A stretch of DNA of 64,000 bases from Takakia lepidozioides. Taxonomy: Eukaryota > Plantae > Bryophyta. The position numbers and the translations under genes are program-made. The stretch covers positions 16,926,001-16,990,000 of the forward strand of contig CM060734.1 of assembly GCA_030704615.1 (NCBI GenBank). The letters run 5' to 3'. This document shows, piece by piece, positions 38,023 through 49,571 of the stretch; positions within the stretch are counted from its first letter, which is position 1; every line of letters begins with the position of its first letter. Under the pieces are notes generated by a model. The model had not been told where the DNA came from and ran no database searches. It worked only from the letters and a program-made list of their open reading frames with translations.

Positions 38023-39064
38023 GAGAAGAGGAGTACACGGCTACCTGTCCGAAGGGGCACTGAGCTTTGAATCCCACCCAGACACACAGTGAGAGGTGAT
38101 GAAGCGATGCTTGTGCAGCAGGTACACTCCTTCCCCCAAGAAAGCCCACAGCTCCTCTTCACCCTTGAGCCAAAAAGTTACACGCACGATGCTGCGGACC
38201 ACCTTTTCCTTCACCAACAGCATATGGGCAGGATATCCCTTGGCTGCTTTGGACTTGTAGAGACCTACTGTTTCACGCCAAAAACACACCCCGGGAAAGA
38301 TCAACACATCACTGGGACAAAAAGAAAAATCAGAGTTGGGAATACCAGTGATGAACTCTTCCCCAATCGTAGAGGGCTCGGCTTGTCAGGAGGCAGGAAG
38401 CTCTCAAGCTCTACACCCAATTCTCGACTCACTGAGAATTGTGGAATGCCCAATACAGCCCAACTGAGTTTCTCACCACTCTCCAACTGCTCCTTGGCAC
38501 TAGCAAGGGGAATCTACAGAGCCCTGGAATGGAGCTTGAGGAGAAGGCGTGCGGCGTAGGCTCCCTGAAGAGACTCGCAAATGCGCCAGCTTTGTTCCCT
38601 CTGCTCCGCTTTAGTGTGTATGGGCTTGGAAGCTTCTTTGCGTGCAGTCTCCTCAAAAGTCTTGGCCCAGAACTCTGAGGGCGTGTCCAGTGGGAGCTCA
38701 GGTCATGGAATCGGTTCTCCCTCCGGATAATCGACAAACACAAGCTCTGCTCAGGTAACAGGTTACGTGCAAGTTCACAAATGTAGCGAGATTCTAACGT
38801 TTGGGTCTGTCTCAAGCGCGGGACCTCAAATTGATCAAGCTCAAACCAACCACGTTCAGAACTGGAAGCCATAGTGCTCACTTGCGAAACTCTCAAAACA
38901 CAGAAAAGCTTGAGCAGACAAACTCTCTCTCTCTCTCACTGTGCAGGACATACAAGCCGCCATTTTGCCACTACCTCTCCCCTCAATCATGCAGGATCCG
39001 CCGTACGCAATCTACTGTTCTTAGGTGTTTCGTACGAGCCAAATTCTTTGTTAACGATTTCTTG

Positions 39065-39082
39065 TACCCCGCATCTCCACCA
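39065..39082 (-). promoter_or_regulatory. Family B PBS TGGTGGAGATGCGGGGTA, complementary to a tRNA-Ala 3' end
   Basis: Plus strand TACCCCGCATCTCCACCA directly abuts the LTR end. Confidence 0.8.
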
Positions 39083-39624
39083 TGATTCCGGCGCTATGGG
39101 TTTGTTCCCCTTCCTCTACTGGACTTAATCCTATCAAGGGGGATGTAGTCGATAGATGGGCCCGGGAGAGAAGACGGAATCTCACGAAGAGGACGCAACA
39201 GAGTCGAACATCCAAAACACATTCATCAACACACTCAAGCACACCTTTACACCAAATGTACACTCGCGTAAGATCCAAAAGCCACCACCTCCACTGCCAC
39301 GGCAGTGGAGCTTAAATAGTATTAGGTCGTAATCTAATCCTAGTGCCGCGTGGCACTTACATATAGGTCAGCCAGATGCCCTTCCAGCATTGCCATAGAA
39401 AGAAGCCAGATCACCCAGATCATCCTAATCTAATCCTAAACTAGCTGTTAGAATAAGACAACACCTAATAAAGTCATAAGCTGTTGCCAGCTCATCCTCA
39501 TGCGCAAGGTGTAAGTTCATCCAGACTTCATCCCGGTTCTGTCCATCCCTAAATCATCTGGAGCGCATCCCTCCTCCGTTCATCCAAGTCGAAAAAGCAA
39601 GTGAGAAGGAATCCCAGCTCCACA
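39083..39624 (-). repeat. Family B 5' LTR (542 bp)
   Basis: Minus strand TGTGGAGC...GAATCA; its first 60 nt recur at 7889-7948. Confidence 0.8.
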
Positions 39625-39679
39625 AGGGAGATTGCAAAAATAGCATGAAAAGAAATAAATTGAAATAAATTGATTCTTT

Positions 39680-40175
39680 TTTAATTCGTGGATAGCTCAA
39701 TTCTTTAGAGTTGCCAGGATTGCCACCTTCGAAGCTCAATCTTAAAGTTGGATGCCCAATCATGTTGTTGCGTAATATACCTCCAAAACGTGGGCTTTAT
39801 AATGGGTCACGACTCATAGTCACACGTCTCAGTGATCGAGTCATTGAGGCACGCATTTTAACTGGTACATGTTCTGGAGAAACAACATTCATCCCTAGAA
39901 TCACATTACAACCTACTACATCATATTATCTTTTAAATTCACTCGAAGACAATTTCCAGTGAAGGTGGCTCTTGCTATGACAATCAACAAATCACAGGGA
40001 CAATCAGTAAAACATAGGTCTAGATCTTCGAACACATGTATTCTCTCATGGTCAATTGTATGTGGCACTCTCTTGGACCACATCAGCAAATTCGTTGACA
40101 GTCCTTCTCCCAGATCAAAATGTACCAAAAATAATGAATATTGTGTATACAAAAGTATTAATATAAACTTCTAAC
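39680..40175 (+). pseudogene. Helitron PIF1-like helicase C-terminal fragment
   Basis: [69 protein letters not shown]. Confidence 0.9.
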
Positions 40176-41269
40176 TCTTTCACAAAATTCAAATCTTTGA
40201 CTCACATTATATTGTTGCTCATTTTGTGTGTCAAGTTAATTTACCACTAGTGTGAAACTAGCTAGGAAATAGCTAGCTTTTACATATTGACATTTGGGAT
40301 TGGCCCAAGTGTCAATCCAGGGGTCAAGGCAGATTTAGGCCCTGAAGTGGTTATCTCCACGGCAAGCGCGGTGGGCTCATCTTTCTCGAGTTGAGCCTCA
40401 CCGCGTCTAGCTATGGCGCTATAGTATGGATTCCCCATAGCATGGGGTGTACATGGCTTGACTTGATATGAGTGATGATTTCATGTGCATCAATTCGTGA
40501 GAGCTCGTGAGAGCTTGTGTTCTTCATATTTATCACTTGAGAAAGATGTCCTCATATCTGAGAGTGTCAGATACGAGTTAGTTGTAGCACTTGTGGTTTT
40601 TGCTTAAAAATGAGAGAAACAAGGTTGGGATGCGAGGAGCACCGCGAAGCTCTTGGTTGTTAGAAGCAGAGGCGATCATGCTGGTTACAAGTAAGAAGAC
40701 ATTGGCATTCGTTCTTCAGCTGCGAAGATGAAAACGCCATGCTGCAGATAATTCTTGAGCATCTCGATGGTTTCAGATTATGTACATGAGCAAGCATGAT
40801 TGGGAATACGAGCTTCCATGGTGTGGAAGAGTAAAAGATCAAGCGAGAGGGCTGATTTGGCTTTGGGGCAAATCAGTGCACTTTTTGGAGCTAAGAGGCG
40901 CATTAGGGCCATGGAGTATGCATGAGGAGTGTAGGTACACCAAGATGAGTATCAGTATGTGCACCTAGGGTTTCAGAGCTTGGAAGAAGAGCTCTTGCAT
41001 CACAAGAGGAGTGTCTTGTGGCTGGAAATATAGACCTTAGGGTTTCATGAGCTTGGCAAAGGCTATGGAGTGCTTAGTCTTGTTTTAGAGAGCATCAAGG
41101 AGGGGGGCTGCTATTTCATGAGCGGCATGAGCATGAGCGGAAAAAAAAAAAACATGAGCAGACCATTGTAAGTCCACGGAAATAGGGTTAGGAGGCACGG
41201 AAATAGGGTCATGTGAAGTTGGAATGTGGCACCAGTGGACTTGAAATGCAACATTTTATTGCATTTACT

Positions 41270-42026
41270 TGCCGAAAATGGCTAAGTCCCAGATCTGACT
41301 AGGCCCGGAACTGGAAAAATGGCGCCGAATTTCCGATTTTGGTGCCAGTCAGATCTGGGACTTAGCCATTTCAGGCCCCGAACTAGAACAATGGCGTTTT
41401 TTTTTTTTTTTTTTTTCGGTGCCATTTTACCAGTTCGGGGCCTAAAGTGGCTAAGTCCCAGATCTGACTGGGCCCGGAACTGGAAAAATGGCGCCGAATT
41501 TCCGATTTTGGTGCCAGCCACCCTAGGGACTTAGCCATTTTCGGCCCCGAACTGGAAAAATGGCGCCATTTTTCCAGTTCGGGGCCAAAAATGGCTAAGT
41601 CCCAGATCTGATAGGGCGCGGAACTAGAAAAATGGTGTCGAATTTGCAGTTGCGGTTCCAGCCATCGTAGGGACTTAACCATTTTCGGGGCCCGGAATTG
41701 GAAAAATGGCGCCATTTTTCCATTTCGGGGCCGAAAATGGCTAAGTCCCAGATCTGACTAGGCCCCGAACTGGAAAAATGGTGCCGAATTTCCGATTTTG
41801 GGTGCCAGCCAGATCTGGGACTTAGCCGTTTTCGGCCCCAAACTAGAAAAATGGCCGTTTTATTTTTTTTCTTTTTCGGCGCCATTTTTTCCAGTTCGGG
41901 GCCTAAAATGGCTAAGTCCCAGATCTGACTCGGCCCAGAACTGGAAAAATGGCGCCGAATTTCCGATTTTGGGTGCCAGCCAGATCTGGGACTTAGCCGT
42001 TTTCGGCCCCGAACTAGAAAAATGGC

Positions 42027-42060
<34 letters not shown>

Positions 42061-42669
42061 CGGCGCCATTTTTCCAGTTCGGCCGAAAATGGCTAAGTCC
42101 CAGATCTGACTGGACCCGGAACTGGAAAAATGGCGCCGAATTTCCGATTTTGGGTGCCAGTCAGATCTGGGACCTAGCCGTTTTTGGCCCCGAACTGGAA
42201 AAATGGCGCCATTTTTCCAGTTCGGGGCCGAAAATGGCTAAGTCCCAGATCTGATAGGGCGCGGAACTAGAAAAATGGTGTCGAATTTGCAGTTGCGGTT
42301 CCAGCCATCGTAGGGACTTAGCCATTTTCGGGGCCCGGAATTGGAAAAATGGCGCCATTTTTCCATTTCGGGGCCGAAAATGGCTAAGTCCCAGATCTGA
42401 CTAGGCCCCGAACTGGAAAAATGGCGCCGAATTTCCGATTTTGGGTGCCAGCCAGATCTGGGACTTAGCCGTTTTCGGGCCCGAACTAGAAAAATGGCCG
42501 TTTTATTTTTTTTCTTTTTCGGCGCCATTTTTTCCAGTTCGGGGCCTAAAATGGCTAAGTCCCAGATCTGACTGGGCCCAGAACTGGAAAAATGGCGCCG
42601 AATTTCCGATTTTGGGTGCCAGCCAGATCTGGGACTTAGCCGTTTTCGGCCCCGAACTAGAAAAATGGC

Positions 42670-42705
<36 letters not shown>

Positions 42706-43240
42706 CGGCGCCATTTTTCCAGTTCGGCCGAAAATGGCTAAGTCCCAGATCTGACTGGGCCCGGAACTGGAAAAATGGCGCCGAATTTCCGATTTTGGGT
42801 GCCAGTCAGATATGGGACTTAGCCGTTTTCGGCCCCGAACTGGAAAAATGACGTTTTTTTTTTTGTTTTTTTTGTTTTTTTTTCGGCGCCATTTTTCCAT
42901 TTCGGGGCCGAAAATGGCTAAGTCCCAGATCTGACTGGCACCAAAATCGGTAATTCGGCGCCATTTTTCCAGTCATGCAGGTAATTCGAAGAGCGGATGG
43001 ATGGAAATCCGGCGCCGGATTTCCATCCGCAAGGTAAGTCGGCGCGCAAAATTTCCGTCATGCAGGTAATTCGAAGAGCGGATGGATGAAAATCCGGCGC
43101 CGGATTTCCATCCATCCGCTCTTCGAATTACCTGCATGACTGGAAAAATGGCGCCGAATTTCCGATTTTGGGTGCGAGTCAGATCTGGGACTTAGCTGTT
43201 TTCGGCCCCGAACTAGAAAAATGGCGTTTTTTGTTTTTTG

Positions 43241-43271
<31 letters not shown>

Positions 43272-45350
43272 TTTTTTCCGGCTCCATTTTTCCATTTCGT
43301 GGCCGAAAATGGCTAAGTCCCAGATCTGACTCGCACCAAAAGCGGAGATTCGGCGCCATTTTCCCAGTCATGCAGGTAATTCGAAGAGCGAATGGATGGA
43401 AATCCGGCGCCGGATTTCCATCCGCCAGGTAAGTCGGCGCGCAAAATTTCCGTCATGCAGGTAATTCGAAGAGCGGATGGATGAAAATCCAGCGCCGGAT
43501 TTCCATCGATCCGCTCTTCGAATTACCTGCATGACTGGAAAAATGGTGCCGAATTTCGGATTTTGGGTGCCAGTCAGATCTGGGACTTAGCTGTTTTCGG
43601 CCCCGAACTGGGAAAATGGCGTGTTTTTTTTTTTTTTTTTTTTTTTTTTCGGCGCCATTTTTCCATTTCGTGGCCGAAATGGCTAAGTCCCAGATCTGAC
43701 TTGCACCAAAATCGGAAATTCGGCGCCATTTTTCCAGTCATGCAGGTAATTCGAAGAGCGGATGGATGGAAATCCGGCACCGGATTTCCATCCGCAAGGT
43801 TGGTCGGAGAGCGGATGGATGGAGATCCGGCACCGGATTTCCATCTTGCAGGTAAGTGGAATCCCGGATGGATGGAAATCCGGCGCCGAATTTCCATCCT
43901 GCAGGTAATTCGTATCCCAGATGGATGGAAATTCGGCGCCGGATTTCCATCCAGCAGGTAAGTGAAATCCCGGATGGATGGAAATTCGGCGCCAAATTTC
44001 CGTCCAGCAGGTAATTCGAATCCCGGATGGATGGAAATTCGGCGCCGGATTTCCGTCCTGAAGGTAAGTGGAATCCCGGATGGATGGAAATTCGGCGCCG
44101 AATTTCCATCCTGCAGGTAATTCGAATCCCAGATGGATGGAAATTCGGCGCCGCATTTCCATCCAGCAGGTAACTGGAATCCCGGATGGATCGAAATCCG
44201 GCGCCGAATTTCCATCCTGCAGGTATTTCATCGCTGAGAATTACCTTCCTGCAGGTAATTCTGAGCGAGGAATTACCTTCCTACCTTCGTCGATAAGAAT
44301 TACCTGCAGGAAGGTAATTCATCGATCAGAATTACCTGCAGGAAGGTAATTCTCAGCGATGAAATACCTGGCGAATGGAAATTCGGCGCCGAATATCCAT
44401 ACGCCAGCGATCCGACTTAGCTGCTGGATGGAAATTCGGCGCCGGATTTCCATCCATCCGGGATTCAACTTACCTGCTCGATGGAAATCCGGCGCCGAAT
44501 TTCCATCCATCCGGGATTCGAATTACCTGCAGGATGGAAATGCGGCACCGGATTTCGATCGATCCGGGATTTCACTTACCTGCTGGATGGAAATTCGGCG
44601 CCGGATTTCCATCCATCCGGGATTGCACTTACCTGCTGGGTGGAAATTCGGCGCCGAATTTCCATTCGGGGGCTGGTCTCTGTCGGAGAGGTGCCGGCCT
44701 CTCCGCCGCTCTGTTGGATATTCGGTGCCGAATTTCCGTCCGGCGGTTGAAATATGACGGCCAGGTGCCGACCTCTCCCCCCTCCCCGACCGCATTGGAA
44801 CGGCCCCGGATTGAAATTCGGCGCCGTTTTCCCGTCTGGGGAGGTTTTTATGTCGGCCAGTTTTCGGTCTGACACCCCAACAAGACTTCCTTGGGGGGGC
44901 CCGGATGGAAATTCGGCGCCGAATCTTCATCCAGGGGATGCTCTCTGTCGAACACGTGCCGACCTCTACGCCCGAGGCGACTTCATCCGGGCGTCCCCTG
45001 TTCGATATTCGGTGCCGAATTTCCGTCCGGGGGTTGAAATGTGACGGCCAAGTGCCGGCCTCTCCCCCGTCCCCGACTGCATCCGAACCGCCCCGGATGG
45101 AAATTCGGCGCCGTTTTTGCATCTGGGGGTGTTTTTATGCCGGCCAGTTTTCGGCCTGACCCCCCGACACGACTTCCTTTGGGGGGCCCGGATGGAAATT
45201 CGGCGCCGAATCTCCATCCAGGGGATGTTCTCTGTCGCACACGCGCCAGCCTCTGCGCCCGAGGCGACTTCATCCGGGCTTCCCCTGTTGGATATTGGGT
45301 GCCGAATTTCCATTCGGGGGTAGTAATGTGACGGCACGGTGCCGGCTTCT
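41270..45350. repeat. 4-kb array of direct and inverted repeats built on GGAAATTCGGCGCCGAATTTCC, GCTAAGTCCCAGATCTGAC, GCAGGTAA and poly-T
   Basis: Read directly; 53-bp units at 43880-44660 and 95-96-bp spacing at 44720-45300. Confidence 0.93.
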
Positions 45351-45498
45351 CCCCTTCAGCCGTCATCATCCGGACGGCCCCCCACTTTCTGACTGCATAC
45401 CGTTGGCAGTTATTGCGCAAAGACCAGGGGCCGCATTCCGGAGACAAGGTTCATTAACACTCTGACTGTGGATTTTTGAGATAGTTGGCTCCCTGGAT

Positions 45499-47064
45499 TT
45501 GGATCAGGCTTCGTCGCTCGGACAAATCGGCATCGCATTCATTCCCATCGCTGCATCCCCCTTCTACCAGGGAGCTTCCCCGCACTCCATCCTGGCAGTC
45601 TTGTGTGCACATCTCCCATGGCGGAAAAACCCGAGCGCTACAGTGTACTGCCCTCCTCACGAGCATAGAGCTTCATTTCCGTGCAGAGGGGACACCTGCC
45701 GGGTGATGGAGAAATATCTGTGCGTTCGATACCACCTGAAACCGGGGTCGGTTTTTTTGGAGGAGGAAAGGAAGGACTCTAACGGCCTTGTTGTCGAGAG
45801 TATTGTTGTGCTCCACGATGATTTCGGCGATGGCAGGGAATGGCGAGTTCCACCATCGGACAGCGTCATATATAGGGCTGTTGGGGACTTCATTTGCCCG
45901 CCAAATGCACCTTCTATCCTGGCGCCTTCCACGAAACAATCCGCGAATCAGAGAGTGGCTACCTCAAAGAGAGAAGTAAATCCAGAGCCGAACCCATCCA
46001 TGAAGACGAGCGAGAACCGGGTTGTTCACAACCTGTCCGACTCAGACGAGGTCATGGAAATTCCGAGGTTGTCCTGGAGATCAGGCAAGTCCTCAATGGA
46101 CGTCAGTGGAGGAGGGAGTCATATTCCCAGCACGAGCACCGCAGTTCGATCTATTCTTGAAATTCTGCGAGGGCTTCACCTGGAGGGACACCGGTCCGAG
46201 CTGGCCGGGCTGGACTACAGCAAGTTCGCAATTAAATCGGTTACATGCCTTCCCGCCGACGTCGACGGTAATATCTTCTTTGAGTTCCCTCCTCGGGCGG
46301 ACTACTCGAGGGCGTCCGGAATGTTGACAGATATGGATAGAAAACATGACGGTCATCCTTGGTGCGTTACCAAAACCACCAGCATGAAGATGCTCGATGG
46401 TGTGCGGGTGCGCTACGTTGTTTGTGCGGGCGCGTTGCGGTGTTTCTCCCCAACTTGCTTCCACTTTAAATCCAGAGGTCACAGGAACGAGACCGATTGG
46501 ACAGGCACAGCTCATCAACCATTTCGAGCTCAGGAGAAGGTTCCGAACTCCACATTTAAGTGTGCGCATTGCAAAGAACCACCGGCCCACGCATTTCCGG
46601 TTCCTCAGACCCAGCCATTGCAGACTGCTCGGTCCAGTAGAGACGGATTGGACAATTCTGCACATCCCACAATGCGATTCGGAAGAGTGAAGAGACGACA
46701 CCCTCCCAACAAGTTGAATGAGACTCGGATTGCCAATGCTCTTGGGATGGCTTGCACTATTCAGAGCTCCGTGGACGTACCCCCACCCGGCCTTGGGCGT
46801 GTGTATCGGATGGCAACAGCCGGCTCGGCTGTACGCGACGATGTATACACAATTACAATTGGAGTGGAGCCGACTTGCAATTGTACGGACTTCTCGTTGA
46901 TGGAAGCAAAGAAGGGTTCGAAGTATTATCCGTGCAAGCATCTGTATTACATTTACCTGAAGAGGTTGAGGATGAACGTGACTATTGATGACTTTATTCA
47001 TGCACCGGCGTTGAGCGTGAACGAGCTGCACAAACTCCTCCTTAGGGATTCCAGAAATCATTGA
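45499..47064 (+). CDS. Internally deleted MULE transposase: N-terminal/GCM-like region fused in frame to SWIM, with no DDE core
   Basis: MDRKHDGHPWCVTKT...CAHCKEPPAH leads directly to the C-terminal block with CNCTDF...PCKHLYY; homologous to both ends of 12075-15701. Confidence 0.8.
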   Translation: MDQASSLGQIGIAFIPIAASPFYQGASPHSILAVLCAHLPWRKNPSATVYCPPHEHRASFPCRGDTCRVMEKYLCVRYHLKPGSVFLEEERKDSNGLVVESIVVLHDDFGDGREWRVPPSDSVIYRAVGDFICPPNAPSILAPSTKQSANQRVATSKREVNPEPNPSMKTSENRVVHNLSDSDEVMEIPRLSWRSGKSSMDVSGGGSHIPSTSTAVRSILEILRGLHLEGHRSELAGLDYSKFAIKSVTCLPADVDGNIFFEFPPRADYSRASGMLTDMDRKHDGHPWCVTKTTSMKMLDGVRVRYVVCAGALRCFSPTCFHFKSRGHRNETDWTGTAHQPFRAQEKVPNSTFKCAHCKEPPAHAFPVPQTQPLQTARSSRDGLDNSAHPTMRFGRVKRRHPPNKLNETRIANALGMACTIQSSVDVPPPGLGRVYRMATAGSAVRDDVYTITIGVEPTCNCTDFSLMEAKKGSKYYPCKHLYYIYLKRLRMNVTIDDFIHAPALSVNELHKLLLRDSRNH

Positions 47065-47214
47065 TGGGGCAAAGGGAATCCTCCATATGGATATTTTCAA
47101 TTGCATTTTGCTGTATCAGACTTTTTTTTGCAGTGTAATGAAATGCACCCCAAAACTCCTGGAATGAGGCAATATTCCATTCAAACTGAGATCCAACAGA
47201 AGCAGTTGTGGGGC

Positions 47215-47575
47215 CATTTCTGGAAAAATGGCGCCGAATTTCTCTTTTTGGGGCCGAAAACTGGCTAAGTCCCAACATGCACTGGTACCGTGTCTGGGAA
47301 AATGGCGCCGAATTTCTCTTTTTGGGGCCGAAAACTGGCTAAGTCCCAACATGCACTGGTACAGTGTCTGGAAAAATGGCGCCGAATTTCCCTATTTTGC
47401 GCCGAAAACTGGCTAAGTCCGAACATGCACTGGAAAAATGGCGCCGAATTACCTGTCATGAGGGGACCTATAGCCGCGGAATTCGGCACCATTTTTCGCC
47501 AGAGAGACCTATTACCGCGAAATACGTCGCCGTTTTTCAGGTTATGGACCCTATTACCGCGAAATTCGGCGCCAT
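47215..47575. repeat. Subterminal ~77-bp tandem units with GGAAAAATGGCGCCGAATT
   Basis: Three full units plus partial ones. Confidence 0.85.
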
Positions 47576-49244
47576 ATTTGCACATGTCACTGGGAATTGG
47601 CATGAGCGGAAGACGAAATATCATGAGCACAATTGTCAAAACTGCAATTTTCCCTTCAAGGGGCCGAATAATATATTTGTTTTTCCTGACACATTGCATT
47701 AAATTATTGTTTTTTATTGTTTTTTATTTTCGAAATTTGTACTTCTGCTCATGAAAACCGATTGTCTTACTACTCCGCTCATGCCGCTCATGCTCATGAA
47801 ATAACAAACCTCTCAAGGAGCCAAGGAGCCAAGATAGGGGGCTGATACCTCTTGTGTGAAGGGGATGCATGTGTGGAGCATGCATTCAGCCTAGTTAGGC
47901 CTCCATCTTTAAGCTTTGGAGAGCTACAAGAGAAGGTAAGGGGCTGATTTGCTCTTATGTGACAGTCCGGCACTTGTAGAGCATGTTTTGAGTTGGGGTT
48001 TCAGCTTCAAGCCTAGATAGAGCATGGCTCTTGAAGTGGCAGGTGTAGGGGGCTGGAATAGGCTCTAAGATACATGCTATGGCCAAGGAGAGCGCATGAA
48101 GGAGTGCTTACAAGGGCTGGAGACCAACAAGGCTTGGTTGTTTGCCATGGATTTGAGTGGCGTGTTGTGGGAGTCTAAGTGAGAAAGAGGGCTTGGTTTG
48201 TGGCAAGTAGGCCTCTCATGAGGTAGAGCTACTATTGGTGGTGTGTAGGAGTGGAAGAGAGCAAGAAAATAGCTCGGGTACCGTAGCCGTTGCAAGGAAG
48301 CTGCATGGGGTCGAAGGGGTCACACTATGAAAATTAGTGGCGGGGCAGCCACCAACCGCCATGGCCACAACCAAGGGCCACGGGAAAGACCACGAAGGGG
48401 CACCGTGAGAGTTAGTGGCGGGGGTAGCCACTAACCGTCACGGCCACAACCAAGGGTCACTGGAAAGCCACGAAGGGGCACTAGTGAGGGCTAGTGGCAG
48501 CCACGACCACAACCACTAAATGAAGGGTCACTAGCTAGTGGGAGGCTAGTGGCATGGCAACAACTAAGGTCCAAAAAGAAATATTTTTAGAATATTCTAT
48601 GGGAGCTTTGGAACCCATTGAGAACTCTGGGGAACCTATAGGAAACCGTTGGGAATTCGTTGGGAACTCATTGGGAATCGTGGGGAACAATGCCATGGGG
48701 GATATCGCCCTGCAGGTAATTCCTTTGGACAGATCTTTGTTGGGGCTTATATGTACCTCCATTTGCTCATGTTTTGAACCTTAAGGTCCGCAGAGCAAAC
48801 CTAGGTTCAAAGGAAACAAAGCATATGAATTCGACTTCCACAATATTCTGTGGTTTCCTGAGGTGGTTCCATTCTGAGGAATGGCTGGTGGACATAAGGA
48901 GGCACTGGCGGACCATGTGGAGGCTTGCATGGGCCCTTGAAGGCCAAGTTTTATAAGCTTGTGGAGGGCTGTCTGATGAGAGTTTACAAGATACTCCCCA
49001 TGGTCATGCAAGTGAGAGTAGAGAGGGAATGGCGAGTGTTGGGATAAGTGCATGTTGGGGTTAGGCATTGCTTTAGCTTCTCTTCCTCGTAGTTTTCCAC
49101 CCTCTCTATATAGGCCAAAACCTTTCCGTAGGTGGAGGCAAGAGTTACTCCGGGTTGGGCTGGGGTGTCCTTGCAGGAGCGACACTGTGGAGTGATTTTA
49201 GTGTGGGCGAGTTGTTGTTTTGATTCTTTGTGTCTGGATCCCCT

Positions 49245-49571
49245 TGTCAAGTTATTTTACCACTAGTGTGAAACTAGCTAGGAAATAGCTAGCTTTTACA
49301 TATTGACATTTGGGATTGGCCCAAGTGTCAATCCAGGGGTCAAGGCAGATTTAGGCCCTGGAGTGGTTATCTTCACGGCAAGCGTGGGAGGCTCATCTTT
49401 CTCGAGTTGAGCCTCACCGCGCCTAGCTATGGCGCCGTAGTGTGGATTCCCCATGGCGTGGGGTGCACTTGGCTTGACTTGTATTTGAGTGATGAGGTTA
49501 TATATGCATGAGTTTATGCTTCAGCTTTGTGAGCTCGCATGAGCTTGCGCTTGTATTCTTCTTCTTTATCA
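49245..49571 (+). repeat. Family C 5' terminal segment A (TGTCAAG...TTTATCA)
   Basis: Also at 40229-40535 and inverted at 62188-62514. Confidence 0.85.

Larger units (their letters stand above)
7889..39624 (-). mobile_element. Ty3/Gypsy family B (dUTPase-like-bearing), fragmented by nested insertions
   Basis: LTR match between 7889-7948 and ~39565-39624. Gag-PR joins in frame (CLEENAY|IPLMTQCH) once the family A insertion is removed, and RT follows once MULE-1 is removed. Confidence 0.85.
41103..47812. mobile_element. Non-autonomous Mutator-like element MULE-2, related to MULE-1
   Basis: TIRs GGGGGCTGCTATTTCATGAGC / GCTCATGAAATAACAAACCTC; 8-bp TSD TCAAGGAG (41095-41102, 47813-47820). The empty site is visible at ~50221-50250. 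Confidence 0.93.

Noticed and set aside
39065-39082. tRNA-Ala gene
   Set aside because: Only the 18-nt 3' end including CCA is present next to an LTR, so it is a PBS.
39680-40175. Host PIF1 helicase gene
   Set aside because: It is a short, frameshifted, intronless fragment of Helitron type among TEs.
41282-45447. Many overlapping ORFs such as MEIRRRISIHPG and MAPKKKK
   Set aside because: They are translation artefacts of palindromic repeats and poly-T runs.
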